A DNA stretch of 64,000 bases. Source: Candidatus Dojkabacteria bacterium. Its GTDB lineage: Bacteria > Patescibacteriota > Dojkabacteria > SC72. The notes beneath the pieces were generated by a model. It made no database searches and was not told where the DNA came from. It saw only the letters and a program-made list of their open reading frames with translations. Location: assembly GCA_012842045.1 (NCBI GenBank), contig DUTP01000005.1, positions 77,430 through 141,429 of the forward strand, given 5' to 3'. The position numbers and the translations under genes were made by a program. Of this stretch, positions 1 through 10,070 are shown piece by piece. Within the stretch, counting starts at the first letter, position 1; every line of letters begins with the position of its first letter.

Positions 1-1521
1 GATCTTTGTGCTAGCGGGAGAGCTCTCTACAACACTAACTTCAGTCTCCACATCCTCACTTAGAGTTAAAGTTAAATCACCTTCCGTTTCAAAAAGATTC
101 TTTGCTTCAGCCTCTTTTGTTAGGAGCTCAGCTATCTTCTTTTCAAACCCATCTTTCATGTAGAAAGTTGCGGTACTTTTAATCTTAATATCCAGAGTTA
201 CATCAGTTGCTTCTTCTCCAACCTTGACGCTAGTTTTTATACTATCTTTTTCGAATTCGCTTTTAATAGAATCTTCTATTATCTGCCAAGAACCACCAGA
301 CTTATCTTTCAGTTCTTGCTCTCCTTCGTCAAATGAAATCTTCTTTAGTTCCTCCACGGCAGTATTAACATCTCCAGCTGTAAGGACGGTGTATTCCTCC
401 TTTGCTCCTCCTGTAAACGGTTGTGAGGAGATTCCTTTAATTGCTGTAGGGGCATAGTTTTGTACAGAGAATGAAGTCCCGTTTAAGTTGTATTCCTCTC
501 CTATGTCGCTAGCTACAACAGAGACACTTTTCACTCTGTCTTCATCTGAGCATGCAAGTGTTACACTTGCTTCTGTTTTGAAAATCTTACCAGCATCAGA
601 TGTTAATGTGTGTCCTGCTGGCAATGTTACTGGTTCAGAACAGTTTTCGGTGTCGATGTAGTAGATAGAAACAGTTCCCTTAGCTTTTTCACCCTTGTAT
701 GCTTTACCCGTAGCTCTAATGTTTGAGGATCTCTCTTTTTCAACAGTTTCTGTTTTTATAGGAATCTTATCTGCTTCAAAATCTATTTCTTTAATATTCT
801 CATCTCCAGTTAATACTTTTTCGACATTTGCTTCTTTTGATTCTAGATATATTCTAATTCTGACAAATGGAGCTGTTTTGTAGTAGATGAAGAGGATCAA
901 AAATGCTATTAGAGAGAGACCAACCCCTCCTACAATAAAGAACTTTTTGTTTCTTTGCCACCACTCTTTCTTACCCTCTTGCTTTAGAGTAATTCCCCTC
1001 TCTCTCTTTTCAGTCTTATCTTGTTCTTTGTGGATAGTACTAAAATCTTTTGTAGATAAATCTGGTTTGTCTACCGGCATATCCTCGTCTACGACTTCTG
1101 GTATGTCTTCATCAATCATAATTAAACCTTTTCCTTGTTCTCCATCATCTTTTGAGGTACTTTCTTTTTTCTCTACTTTGATTGGTTTTTCTTTTGTTAA
1201 TCTTTCTGCTCTTTTTTCGATTTCTCTTTCCCAAATATCTTCAGTGGGTAAAGCTGTAGTCTCTATTACTGTGATACCAGCTAAATTGGCATTTCTTACC
1301 CCTGTTGGGTTTTTAATAATTTGAGCTATTAAGTATTTCTCCTGTTCATCGGCTGTTTCTAGGATGACTTTTAGATTTATTGGGCTAATCAGCAGATCGG
1401 AATCTTCGGCAAAAGTTAATACAATCCTTTCGTTTTTTGATTCTATAATACTTGTTATGATATCAGTAAGTTCATCTTCCTTACTTATTACCACTTTTGT
1501 AATTTTTTTATTTTCTTCCAT
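1..1521 (-). CDS. Hypothetical membrane protein, C-terminal part truncated by the window edge (over 500 aa): ~190-aa cytoplasmic N-domain, one TM helix (FFIVGGVGLSLIAFLILFIYY), large Thr/Glu-rich ectodomain
   Basis: Reverse-complement reading frame is open from the ATG at 1521-1519 to position 1 (checked at 60-1 and 660-601). It is absent from the ORF track because no stop falls inside the window. Only short antisense ORFs exist on the plus strand here. The start overlaps the stop of the upstream actin-like ATPase gene by 14 nt. Confidence 0.6.
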   Translation of the reverse strand, partial: MEENKKITKVVISKEDELTDIITSIIESKNERIVLTFAEDSDLLISPINLKVILETADEQEKYLIAQIIKNPTGVRNANLAGITVIETTALPTEDIWEREIEKRAERLTKEKPIKVEKKESTSKDDGEQGKGLIMIDEDIPEVVDEDMPVDKPDLSTKDFSTIHKEQDKTEKRERGITLKQEGKKEWWQRNKKFFIVGGVGLSLIAFLILFIYYKTAPFVRIRIYLESKEANVEKVLTGDENIKEIDFEADKIPIKTETVEKERSSNIRATGKAYKGEKAKGTVSIYYIDTENCSEPVTLPAGHTLTSDAGKIFKTEASVTLACSDEDRVKSVSVVASDIGEEYNLNGTSFSVQNYAPTAIKGISSQPFTGGAKEEYTVLTAGDVNTAVEELKKISFDEGEQELKDKSGGSWQIIEDSIKSEFEKDSIKTSVKVGEEATDVTLDIKIKSTATFYMKDGFEKKIAELLTKEAEAKNLFETEGDLTLTLSEDVETEVSVVESSPASTKI

Positions 1522-2755
1522 CTGTTATGTCCTCCTTTTTAATATCATATACGAATTTTGCCAAAGAAGCAGGTGTAATATCAAATACATTTCTTAAATC
1601 TTTACTAGTATCTGTAATATTCTCGAGCTTTTCTGGTGTAAAGAACTCAATTTTAGGAACAACAGCGAAAGGTAAAACCTTTTTCCATGGAAATTCAAGC
1701 ATGACTTCTTTGATTTCTGGCAAGAGAGAACCTCCACCGCATAGATATATTTGAGGGGGGAAGGAAGAGATGCCTTGGCACGATTCCAGTGCTGTTTTTA
1801 CTGTTTTCATCCATAATCTTCCTACAGGGTATACAATTTTTTGTACTTCTCTTGACAGGTCCTTGTTTAATTCTTTTTTAGAATATTTTATCTTTCTCTG
1901 TTCTGCTACTCTGTATTCTAAGTTTAGGATTTTTGCAAGTTCTTTTGTAAATGTTCTACCTCCAAAGGCAAACATTTTCGTCTCTACTACATTACCTTTC
2001 TCTACAATGGCAATATCTGTTGTGCCGCCGCCCACATCCATGAAAATTGCAGAGAAATCTCTGTTAGAAGATCCTGTAAATGCTCTTGCTACTGCAAATG
2101 GTTGCGATACTATACCGATAACATTTAGTTCTAGTTCAGATGCCACTTTTCTTAGAGATTCCACATACGTTTTTGGCGCAAAAGAAGCATAGTAATGAAG
2201 TTTTACATCTTTACCTTTGTATCCGACAAGAGAATCTACGGGCATTCCCCCTATCTCTACTCCAGTTTTTGTTAGATGTAAGAACTCAATATCCTCATTA
2301 ACCAATCCTATCCTCTGCCCTAAATCTTCTTTACCATGAGCTTCTATCTTTGTTTCTATCTGTCCAATAATTTTGGCTTCTTCTCTCTCAGTCACTTCTT
2401 TTTCATAGTTTTCATCTCTTTGATAGTTTACAGAGATGGATACACCTTGGATATATTCACCAGCTATTCCCATTACGATATGTCTAGGATATTCTTCTTC
2501 ATCTAGTCTGTCTGTAAGGGAGGTCATAGTTAACCTACAGTTTGTTAGTACTGTATCTAGGTTTGTAATGATGCCGCTTCTCATGGCATGTTGTTGCTGT
2601 TCTATTCGAGAAACAGTTTTTATATTTGCACCTAATGTATCAATATTAAAAAGGACACCCTTCAACTGTTCTGTCCCGATATCTAAGGCTACAATATTAT
2701 CTTTCTTGTTTAATTTGTTTTTAGAATTTTTGGTTAAAAAAGGCAGGTTAAACAT
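1508..2755 (-). CDS. ftsA: Actin-like ATPase of the FtsA/PilM family (415 aa)
   Basis: N-terminal DIGT phosphate-1 motif (NIVALDIGTEQLKGV), glycine-rich MDVGGGTTDIAIV phosphate-2 motif, overall ASKHA fold and a length matching FtsA. No ftsZ follows, so PilM-like identity is not excluded. Confidence 0.6.
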   Translation of the reverse strand: MFNLPFLTKNSKNKLNKKDNIVALDIGTEQLKGVLFNIDTLGANIKTVSRIEQQQHAMRSGIITNLDTVLTNCRLTMTSLTDRLDEEEYPRHIVMGIAGEYIQGVSISVNYQRDENYEKEVTEREEAKIIGQIETKIEAHGKEDLGQRIGLVNEDIEFLHLTKTGVEIGGMPVDSLVGYKGKDVKLHYYASFAPKTYVESLRKVASELELNVIGIVSQPFAVARAFTGSSNRDFSAIFMDVGGGTTDIAIVEKGNVVETKMFAFGGRTFTKELAKILNLEYRVAEQRKIKYSKKELNKDLSREVQKIVYPVGRLWMKTVKTALESCQGISSFPPQIYLCGGGSLLPEIKEVMLEFPWKKVLPFAVVPKIEFFTPEKLENITDTSKDLRNVFDITPASLAKFVYDIKKEDITDGRK

Positions 2756-2814
2756 ATATGGATTAGTATAGCATATTTTGGCAGAAACAAATAAACTTGC
2801 GGGTTAAATTAACG

Positions 2815-4533
2815 CTAAATGATAGCTACTGTAATTATTGGCTCTCTTTCAGTCTTTTTGTATATTAATTTGCCAACATCTTTTTCTACCATATTCTTTA
2901 GACTCTCCCAATCGTTTTTCTTCTTCGAACCTTTTTGTACATTCTGTTTCTTCCCTTGTGTTTCCAACCAGCCTCTGTGAGTATCAAAAACGACGTTAGT
3001 AATTTCTTTTAGTAGTTCTTGTGAATGTTTGAAGTAGATAAAGCCTCTGGAGAGGTATCGCGGTTTACCAAGAATTTTGTTTGTTTTTGCACTTAGGTTG
3101 AGGATGATGAAAAACATTCCGTATTCAGAAAGTTGTTTTCTATCTTTAAGTACCATGTCTCCAATATCTCCTACACCTAACCCATCTATCATAATCGGCT
3201 TGGATTCTACTTTCTTTCCTCTTTTCCAGTATTTTCCATTGTATTCCCACATCTGCCCATCATCAGTTAAGAAGATATTGTTAGGATTGAAACCTAGTTT
3301 TTCTAACTGTAGTTTATTGAAATATCTAAAGGTTAGAGAACCGTGTATAGGCATTATGTTTCTAGGTTTAATGAACTCAACCATAGCTCTAATATCATCT
3401 TGATTGCCATGTCCAGTGGAATGGATTTTCATGTCTATACTGTCTTTTATCAAATCTGCCCCTAATGCTATTAATCTGTCTGTCATTCTCTCTATGTTTG
3501 ATATATTTTCTGGGATTTCCGAAGAAGACATAATTACTAGGTCTCCCTTTTTAATTTTAATTCTAGGATGTTCGTTTAAAGAAACCCTGTTTAGTACCGC
3601 AAACCTCTCTCCTTGGCTACCTGTACAGAGGATTAAAAGTTTTTCATCTGGGTATTTGTTTATATCTTTTTCTTTAATGAACAAGTCATCTTCTACCCTG
3701 ATGTATCTTCTCTCCCTTGCAATCTTAATTGATTGATCAAGACTTCTTCCTGCAAGTAGAACCTTTCTGTCAGTCTTTTTTGCTATTTCTATTAGCGAGT
3801 AGAGTCTTGTTATTAATGAAGAGAAAGCAGAAACAATTACTCTCCCCTTGTGTTTCGATATTATCTCTTCTAGATTTTTTGAAACTTCACTTTCCGAAGG
3901 AGCTTTTCCTGGTACTGTAGCATTAGTGCTTTCTATTAAGGCTAAATCCACTCTTCCTCTTAACTCTTTTAGTTTTTCGTAGTCTGATTGTGGTTCGTTT
4001 GCAGGTTTTGTATCAAATTTGAAGTCTCCAGAGAAGAAAATATTTCCTTTTGGAGATTCTATGAAGATAGAGAAAGAATCAGGAATACTGTGATTGATAC
4101 CTATGAAGGTTGCTTTGAAATACTTACCAATTCTAATCTTTGATTTTCTGTCAACACCGACAATCTTAACCTTCTTTTCCATCTTGTACTCCTTCATTTT
4201 TGTCTCTATGAGTGCTTTTGCAAAACCTCCTGCATAGATTGGAGGATAGTCTAATTCTGGTAAAATCCATCTTAGAGCTCCTATATGATCTAAGTGCCCG
4301 TGTGTTATGAGGACAGCTTTAATATTCTTTTTTTGTTTTTTAAGATATGAGACATTAGGGATTAGATAGTCTATGCCGTACATCTCTTGTCCTGGGAAGG
4401 AATATCCAGCATCTATCATTACAATCTCATCTTTGTATTGGACAAAATTACTGTTTCTACCAATTTCAGTTGTTCCTGATAATGTGCATAGTTTTAGCAA
4501 ATCCTGACCTCTTGAGTGATTTTTTCTTTTCAT
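2815..4533 (-). CDS. rnj: Ribonuclease J (metallo-beta-lactamase / beta-CASP family)
   Basis: 572 aa. HGHLDHIG zinc motif near the N-terminus, beta-CASP core and a C-terminal domain; overall RNase J architecture. Confidence 0.8.
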   Translation of the reverse strand: MKRKNHSRGQDLLKLCTLSGTTEIGRNSNFVQYKDEIVMIDAGYSFPGQEMYGIDYLIPNVSYLKKQKKNIKAVLITHGHLDHIGALRWILPELDYPPIYAGGFAKALIETKMKEYKMEKKVKIVGVDRKSKIRIGKYFKATFIGINHSIPDSFSIFIESPKGNIFFSGDFKFDTKPANEPQSDYEKLKELRGRVDLALIESTNATVPGKAPSESEVSKNLEEIISKHKGRVIVSAFSSLITRLYSLIEIAKKTDRKVLLAGRSLDQSIKIARERRYIRVEDDLFIKEKDINKYPDEKLLILCTGSQGERFAVLNRVSLNEHPRIKIKKGDLVIMSSSEIPENISNIERMTDRLIALGADLIKDSIDMKIHSTGHGNQDDIRAMVEFIKPRNIMPIHGSLTFRYFNKLQLEKLGFNPNNIFLTDDGQMWEYNGKYWKRGKKVESKPIMIDGLGVGDIGDMVLKDRKQLSEYGMFFIILNLSAKTNKILGKPRYLSRGFIYFKHSQELLKEITNVVFDTHRGWLETQGKKQNVQKGSKKKNDWESLKNMVEKDVGKLIYKKTEREPIITVAII

Positions 4534-4749
4534 ATCTCGGGTATTATATCATGTTCTTCAAGGTGAGGTATGATGCATATGAACATTGCAGAATTGTTTC
4601 AGAATCCATGTAAGGAAAATGGTGGTATAAAGGTGTTTTTTGCAAGTTCGTTTCATGAGAGACTGTTTTTGGCTGAAGAATAAGCTTTTTATAGTTTCGT
4701 GAGAGATAACTGTTGTTTTTAGGTTGTTTTGTACTATAAACAATTTTCT

Positions 4750-4758
4750 TGATATAAT
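4750..4758 (+). promoter_or_regulatory. Extended -10 element TGaTATAAT lying 6 nt upstream of the valS ATG (predicted leaderless transcript)
   Basis: Sequence cttGATATAATccgattATG; seen directly. Confidence 0.45.
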
Positions 4759-4764
4759 CCGATT

Positions 4765-7041
4765 ATGCAAAAAGAAATCTCTAAAACATTTGAATCTGGA
4801 AAGAGGGAGGTTGAGATATACCAGCTCTGGGAAAAATCTGGACTTTCAAACCCAGATATTATGAAGGAATACCTAGAAAAGGAAGGTTTTGAAGTTAAAT
4901 CTCCTTTTACAATAACATTGCCTCCTCCTAATGCGAATGGTACACCCCATCTAGGTCATATGTGTGGCTATGCTTTCCATGATGTTATTGGTAGGTACAA
5001 CAGAATGACTGGTCATCCAACACTTTTACTACCAGGAAAAGACCATGCTGGAATTCAAACGGAAGTTGTATTTACAAAGCACTTGGCATCTCAGGGAATT
5101 GACAAACAGAAGATGGGGCGGGAGGAATTCTACAAAGAATGTTATGAATTCTGTATCGTGAACATGAAAGAGGCCAGAGAATACGAACAGAGGATAGGTC
5201 TTTCTGCAGATTTTTCAAGAGAGATTTTCACGCTAGATGAGAGGTTAACAAAGATAGTGTACGAAACTTTTTACAAGATGTACGAGGATGGTTTGGTGTA
5301 TAGGGATAAAAGGATTGTTAATCAGTGTCCTAATTGTAAAACTGCTTTGGCTGATATTGATACAGAACATGAAGAAAGGAGAGGAATTTTTGCATATATA
5401 ATCTATCCTTTTGTTAATGAAGAGGGTAAAAAGTTAGCGAAGGAAAAGTTCGGAGTAGAAGGCATTACAATTGCAACAACAAGACCTGAAACAATGTTGG
5501 GAGACACTGCTATTGCTGTAAACCCAAATGATGGGAGATACAAGGAATTTATCGGTAAAAAAGTTCTTCTGCCGATTGCAAATAGAGAAATTCCAGTGAT
5601 TGCAGAGGAAGAAACAGATATTGAAACAGGAACAGGTGCTTTGAAGATAACACCAGCTCATTCTCCAATAGACTTTGAGATAGGAAAGAAACATGATTTG
5701 CCAATAGTGAATGTGATAGATGAAGATGCAAGAATGACTGGAGATATTCCAGAGAGGTTTAAGGGAATGGGAACAATTGATTGCTCTAAAGCTTTGGTAA
5801 AAGAGTTAGATGAAATGGGTCTTCTTGTTAAAATTGAGAATATTAAGCATGAGGTTGCTATTTGTGAAAGGTGTAAAACAGCCATTGAACCAATTATCTC
5901 CAATCAGTGGTACTTAAATGTAGAATCTTTGGCGCAAAGGGCGTTAGAGGCTCTTAAAAAGGGTGGTATTAGTGTAATACCACCTGGTCAACAGAAAGCT
6001 TTGGAACATTTTTATGAAAACATCCAACCTTGGTGCATTTCACGACAGTTATGGTGGGGTCAAAGAATACCTGTTTGGTATAGCGGTGGTAAGAAAATGT
6101 TTGATTGGTTAAATGAAAACAAGGGTAAGAGCATTCAGGATTTTGAAAAAGAATTTAATACAAAAGCAACAGGAAGTGGAGAGATATTCTTAGGTGAAGA
6201 TATGCCGGAATCCCAAAATGGTGAGATTTGGGAACAGGAAACAGATGTGTTTGATACTTGGTTTAGTTCGGGTCAGTGGCCGTATACTACTCTTGGAGGA
6301 CCTGATGGAGAGGATTTTAAGAAATACTATCCAACACAGATGATGATTCATGGGAGAGATATTCTTTTCTGGTGGACAGCTAGAATGTTAATGTTTGGTC
6401 TTTACAGAACGGATCAGGTACCGTATTCATTAGCTTTGTTAACAGGGATAATACTTGCACCTGATGGTTCTAAAATGTCTAAATCTAAAGGAAACGGTGT
6501 TGAGCCTAGTGAGGTTTTTGAAAAATATGGTGCGGATGCTTTGAGAATGTGGTATTACTCTGATGCACTACCAGGGTCAAATTCTCCACTGAGAGAAGAG
6601 AAGATCAAAGGAAACAGGAATTTTGTTACAAAGATTTGGAATGCAAGTAGATTTATTTTAATGAATATTGATGATTCTGAAGTTGAAGTGATTGTTAATG
6701 CTAAAGTTAATGAAACCGAGAGAGTTAAATCCACCAAAGCACATGTGAAGAAAGTTAAGAAATATATTGAAAAATGTCAGTTTAACCTAGGTGCTGAAGA
6801 AATAAGGGGGTTCTTCTGGCATCAAGTTTGTGATGTTTGGATTGAGGAAGTTAAAGCTGAAATCAAAGACCACGAGATTGGGAGCAAAGTAAGAATTGAG
6901 AAGCTGACTGAATTGCTTTATATTTTAAAGGAAAATCTTAAGATTATGCATCCTTTTATTCCTTTTGTTACTGAAGGAGTGTGGCAGGAACTTGTCAAAC
7001 TAGGCTTAGCTAAAGGACTTTTGATGTCTCAACAGATATAA
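4765..7041 (+). CDS. valS: Valine--tRNA ligase (class I aaRS, short form, 758 aa)
   Basis: PPPNANGTPHLGH (HIGH-type), KMSKSKGN, DTWFSSGQWP ValRS signature and a CP1 editing region. No C-terminal coiled coil. Confidence 0.8.
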   Translation: MQKEISKTFESGKREVEIYQLWEKSGLSNPDIMKEYLEKEGFEVKSPFTITLPPPNANGTPHLGHMCGYAFHDVIGRYNRMTGHPTLLLPGKDHAGIQTEVVFTKHLASQGIDKQKMGREEFYKECYEFCIVNMKEAREYEQRIGLSADFSREIFTLDERLTKIVYETFYKMYEDGLVYRDKRIVNQCPNCKTALADIDTEHEERRGIFAYIIYPFVNEEGKKLAKEKFGVEGITIATTRPETMLGDTAIAVNPNDGRYKEFIGKKVLLPIANREIPVIAEEETDIETGTGALKITPAHSPIDFEIGKKHDLPIVNVIDEDARMTGDIPERFKGMGTIDCSKALVKELDEMGLLVKIENIKHEVAICERCKTAIEPIISNQWYLNVESLAQRALEALKKGGISVIPPGQQKALEHFYENIQPWCISRQLWWGQRIPVWYSGGKKMFDWLNENKGKSIQDFEKEFNTKATGSGEIFLGEDMPESQNGEIWEQETDVFDTWFSSGQWPYTTLGGPDGEDFKKYYPTQMMIHGRDILFWWTARMLMFGLYRTDQVPYSLALLTGIILAPDGSKMSKSKGNGVEPSEVFEKYGADALRMWYYSDALPGSNSPLREEKIKGNRNFVTKIWNASRFILMNIDDSEVEVIVNAKVNETERVKSTKAHVKKVKKYIEKCQFNLGAEEIRGFFWHQVCDVWIEEVKAEIKDHEIGSKVRIEKLTELLYILKENLKIMHPFIPFVTEGVWQELVKLGLAKGLLMSQQI

Positions 7042-7113
7042 TACTCATATTCTGTTTCACATGCGCCTATAGTCTATTAAATTTTTTAGAAAAATGCTCT
7101 ATAGTCCTTTTAT

Positions 7114-7150
7114 GGCAAGGGTTTCTATGTGAGGTAACCTTGCTCCTTTT
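7114..7150 (+). terminator. Intrinsic terminator downstream of valS
   Basis: GGCAAGG...CCTTGC stem followed by a TCCTTTT run. Confidence 0.4.
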
Positions 7151-7156
7151 CTATTA

Positions 7157-7165
7157 TGGTATAAT
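7157..7165 (+). promoter_or_regulatory. Extended -10 TGGTATAAT lying 7 nt upstream of the metG ATG (leaderless)
   Basis: tatTATGGTATAATcgggaatATG. The ORF-track start at 7140 lies inside this promoter, so the true start is more likely 7173. Confidence 0.5.
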
Positions 7166-7172
7166 CGGGAAT

Positions 7173-8615
7173 ATGAAGAAACTATACATAACAACAACCT
7201 TACCTTATGTTAATGCAGAGCCTCATATTGGTCATGCATTGGAATTTGTTCAGGCAGATGCCATTGCTAGGTATTTTAAAATGAAATTAGGGAATGATAA
7301 TGTTTTTTTTAATGTGGGAACGGATGAGCATGGTCAGAAGATTTGGGAAAAGGCTCAGGAGGAAGGGCTTTCAGTTCAGGATTTTGTAGATAAGTATGCT
7401 CAGAGATTTAAGGATTACTGTAAGCTTTTTTTTGTGGAGTATGATAACTTTTACAGAACTTCAGATAAGGATCATGTAAAAGTAGTTCATGCTTTTTGGA
7501 ATGCATGTAAGAAGTCCGGAGATATATACAAGAAAAGATATATTGGAAAGTACTGTGTAGGTTGTGAAAGATATGTTACAGAGAGAGAACTAGTTGATGG
7601 CAAATGTCCAGACCATGATAAAGTGCCAGAAGAGAGGGATGAGGAAAACTATTTCTTTTCGTTATCTAAGTACAAAAAAGATTTGTTGGAGTGGCTTGAT
7701 GAAAATCCAGATGTATTGAAACCAAAGCAAAAGTTGGGTGAACTCAAAAAGATTATTGACGAGATTGAAGATTTTAGTATTTCGAGATTGAGGAAGAATC
7801 TCTCATGGGGAATAGAAGTTCCTGATGATCCAGAACATGTTGTGTATGTTTGGTTTGATGCTTTAGCAAACTATGTTGCTGCGGTTGGTTATGCTACTGA
7901 TGAGAAGAAATTTAATGAGTGGTGGCCGGCTATCCAAATTTTTGGTCCAGACAACTTAAGATTTCAGGCTGTGATATGGCAAGGTATGTTGAAATCAGCA
8001 GGTCTTGCTCACTCTAGAAAACTTCTTGAGCATGGTATGGTTTTAGCTGCAGATGGTAGGAAAATGGCCAAGACATTGGGGAATGTTGTTTCACCTTTTG
8101 ATCAAGAGAAGAAATATGGTGCAGAGATAGTTAGATTCTATCTCTTGACAGGCATTTCTACATTTGCCGATTCGGCATACAAGGAAGATGACTTGGTCAA
8201 TATGTATAACTCGAGACTTGCAAACAATTTTGGAAACTTACTGAACAGGGTTATTCATCTTGCAAACTCTAAGAATGTAGAAATAAACAAAGAGAAAGCT
8301 GTTGAAAAAGAGTTTAAAGGGATAGTTGATAAATATAGGGAGGATATAGAAGGGTTGTATGATGAATATGAGATTGCTTTGGCCGGTGAAAAGATAGATG
8401 AGCTTGCGGATTGGGGAAATAAATATATTACAGAAAAAGAACCCTGGAGCAAGGATGTGAACTTAGGGGATGCTAAAAAGATTCTAAACAATCTAAGCTA
8501 TCTACTAAAAGTTGTTATACAGCTTTATGTCCCAATAATTCCTGTCAGTGCTGCGAAAGCAGGGGAGGCTCTAAACAAAAAAGAAAAAATCATTCTGTTT
8601 CAAAAGATAGTATAA
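7173..8615 (+). CDS. metG: Methionine--tRNA ligase (core form without C-terminal tRNA-binding domain)
   Basis: Begins MKKLYITTTLPYVNAEPHIGHALE (HIGH motif). Contains CxxC...CPDH zinc knuckle and a KMAKTLGN KMSKS variant. Confidence 0.8.
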   Translation: MKKLYITTTLPYVNAEPHIGHALEFVQADAIARYFKMKLGNDNVFFNVGTDEHGQKIWEKAQEEGLSVQDFVDKYAQRFKDYCKLFFVEYDNFYRTSDKDHVKVVHAFWNACKKSGDIYKKRYIGKYCVGCERYVTERELVDGKCPDHDKVPEERDEENYFFSLSKYKKDLLEWLDENPDVLKPKQKLGELKKIIDEIEDFSISRLRKNLSWGIEVPDDPEHVVYVWFDALANYVAAVGYATDEKKFNEWWPAIQIFGPDNLRFQAVIWQGMLKSAGLAHSRKLLEHGMVLAADGRKMAKTLGNVVSPFDQEKKYGAEIVRFYLLTGISTFADSAYKEDDLVNMYNSRLANNFGNLLNRVIHLANSKNVEINKEKAVEKEFKGIVDKYREDIEGLYDEYEIALAGEKIDELADWGNKYITEKEPWSKDVNLGDAKKILNNLSYLLKVVIQLYVPIIPVSAAKAGEALNKKEKIILFQKIV

Positions 8616-8654
8616 TATGTGCTATACTGAAATCAGATAAACTAAAAGCTGCCC

Positions 8655-9209
8655 ATGCTTAAACGAAGAAAAAAAAGAAAATTTATCAACTTGTTAAATC
8701 CAGTGTATTCTCCTAATGAAGGTTTTGTGAAGGTTTATGAGTGGTTAACATCTGTTGGAAAGTATATGCTGATTGTTGTTGAAATTGTAGCTTTAGCAGT
8801 CTTTATGTCGAGATTTATACTTGATAAAGAAAACAATGATTTAACAGAGGAGATTAATTCGAAGATATCAGTACTTAGTACTGAGCCTTGGAGAAGTAAT
8901 AATATATTTTATGAGAATTATCACAAACTTATTTCTGATGTGTCGGTTGTAAGTAGTAAGCAAGAATTAAATTCTAACGTTGTTAGTGAGATTATTAGCA
9001 GTGTTCCTTTAACTCTTCATTTGCAGACATTTTCTCTGAATGGAGGAAGAGTTTCTCTCACTTTTTCTGCTAGCAATTTGAATGATGTTAGGATATACGA
9101 GTCTGCACTTAAGAGTAATCAACTGTATGATGATGTGACATTTGGTATTTCAAAAGAGGAGTCTGAAATTCAGGTTAACGTAACATTTAATATTAAAGAA
9201 ACTGTATAG
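8655..9209 (+). CDS. pilN: PilN-like type IV pilus assembly protein
   Basis: 184 aa. N-terminal cytoplasmic FINLLNP (the INLLP PilM-binding motif), a single TM helix, then a periplasmic domain. Confidence 0.55.
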   Translation: MLKRRKKRKFINLLNPVYSPNEGFVKVYEWLTSVGKYMLIVVEIVALAVFMSRFILDKENNDLTEEINSKISVLSTEPWRSNNIFYENYHKLISDVSVVSSKQELNSNVVSEIISSVPLTLHLQTFSLNGGRVSLTFSASNLNDVRIYESALKSNQLYDDVTFGISKEESEIQVNVTFNIKETV

Positions 9210-9211
9210 AA

Positions 9212-9826
9212 GTGGCGCAGCAACGAAAGTCTGTTGGACTATTAACAACTATTAGAGAGTCTGCTGAAAAAAGAAATTCATATGCTTCTTTTGCTGTTAG
9301 TTTGTTGATATCAATAGTTTTAATCGTCTTTGCTGTTAAACCGACGATATCTACAATTATTCAGATTAGACAAGGTGTTAAAGAGAAAACGAGAGTGAAT
9401 CAACAGATCCAAGGTAGAATAGATGCTATTTCCAAATTAGATGCGCAGATACAGGAGGAGCAAGAGAAGTTTGAAGCTTTGGAGATGATATTTCCGTCGG
9501 AGAGAGAGTACATTTTACTCCTTGCCAATATAGATGCGGTTATTGCTAGAAATGGGTTTACTTTAATGTCAGTAGGTTTTGACAATCATGATAATGAAAA
9601 TTATAAACTTACAACCCCTATTTTGACTCCGTCAGTTTTGAGATTAAATGTTTCAGGTAAGTATTCTAGTTTTATTAACTTATTGAAAGACTTGGAATCT
9701 CTTCCTATGTGTGCGGTTGTTGAGAATATATCATTTTCTACACAAAAGGATGAAAAGTCTAACTCTTATTTTTCGTTGAGTCTAAGGGTTTATAGTATAG
9801 AGCAAGCTAATTTTTATAAACAGTAG
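9212..9826 (+). CDS. pilO: PilO-like type IV pilus assembly protein
   Basis: 204 aa. TM helix, coiled-coil segment (QQIQGRIDAISKLDAQIQEEQEKFEALE) and a C-terminal domain. Begins 2 nt after the pilN-like gene. Confidence 0.45.
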   Translation: MAQQRKSVGLLTTIRESAEKRNSYASFAVSLLISIVLIVFAVKPTISTIIQIRQGVKEKTRVNQQIQGRIDAISKLDAQIQEEQEKFEALEMIFPSEREYILLLANIDAVIARNGFTLMSVGFDNHDNENYKLTTPILTPSVLRLNVSGKYSSFINLLKDLESLPMCAVVENISFSTQKDEKSNSYFSLSLRVYSIEQANFYKQ

Positions 9827-9827
9827 T

Positions 9828-10064
9828 ATGGAGATACTAAGAAAATATATCTGGGCAATCTTTCTGTTGTTTGCAGTTGTTGTGGTTTGGCTAGGTATAA
9901 CTTTTTTTATTGATGCTAGACAGAAGAGTATTGTTGGAGATATTAATCAGTATACTAGTGTGATTGAAAGTAGTTTTAATATGGATGTTGTTAACTTGGT
10001 ATACGAAAGGTCAGAGAAGACGCTTCCTGAAACACCAAAAGAGTTTTTACTCTCAGTTCAGTAA
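9828..10064 (+). CDS. Small membrane protein (78 aa), third gene of the pilN/pilO-like operon
   Basis: One TM helix (IWAIFLLFAVVVVWLGITFFI). Begins 1 nt after the pilO-like gene. Confidence 0.4.
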   Translation: MEILRKYIWAIFLLFAVVVVWLGITFFIDARQKSIVGDINQYTSVIESSFNMDVVNLVYERSEKTLPETPKEFLLSVQ

Positions 10065-10070
10065 GAGATG

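Noticed and set aside
224-1597. Plus-strand ORFs 224..457, 695..883, 887..1324 and 1364..1597
   Set aside because: Low-complexity antisense translations of the long minus-strand membrane-protein gene, whose frame is open from 1521 to 1.
1508-2755. Calling this gene ftsA outright
   Set aside because: No ftsZ follows, and a PilN protein with a PilM-binding motif exists nearby. Kept as FtsA/PilM-family; the symbol is tentative.
7140-7172. Upstream start of metG at 7140
   Set aside because: The extended -10 TGGTATAAT lies inside this stretch; the conserved MetRS N-terminus begins at 7173.
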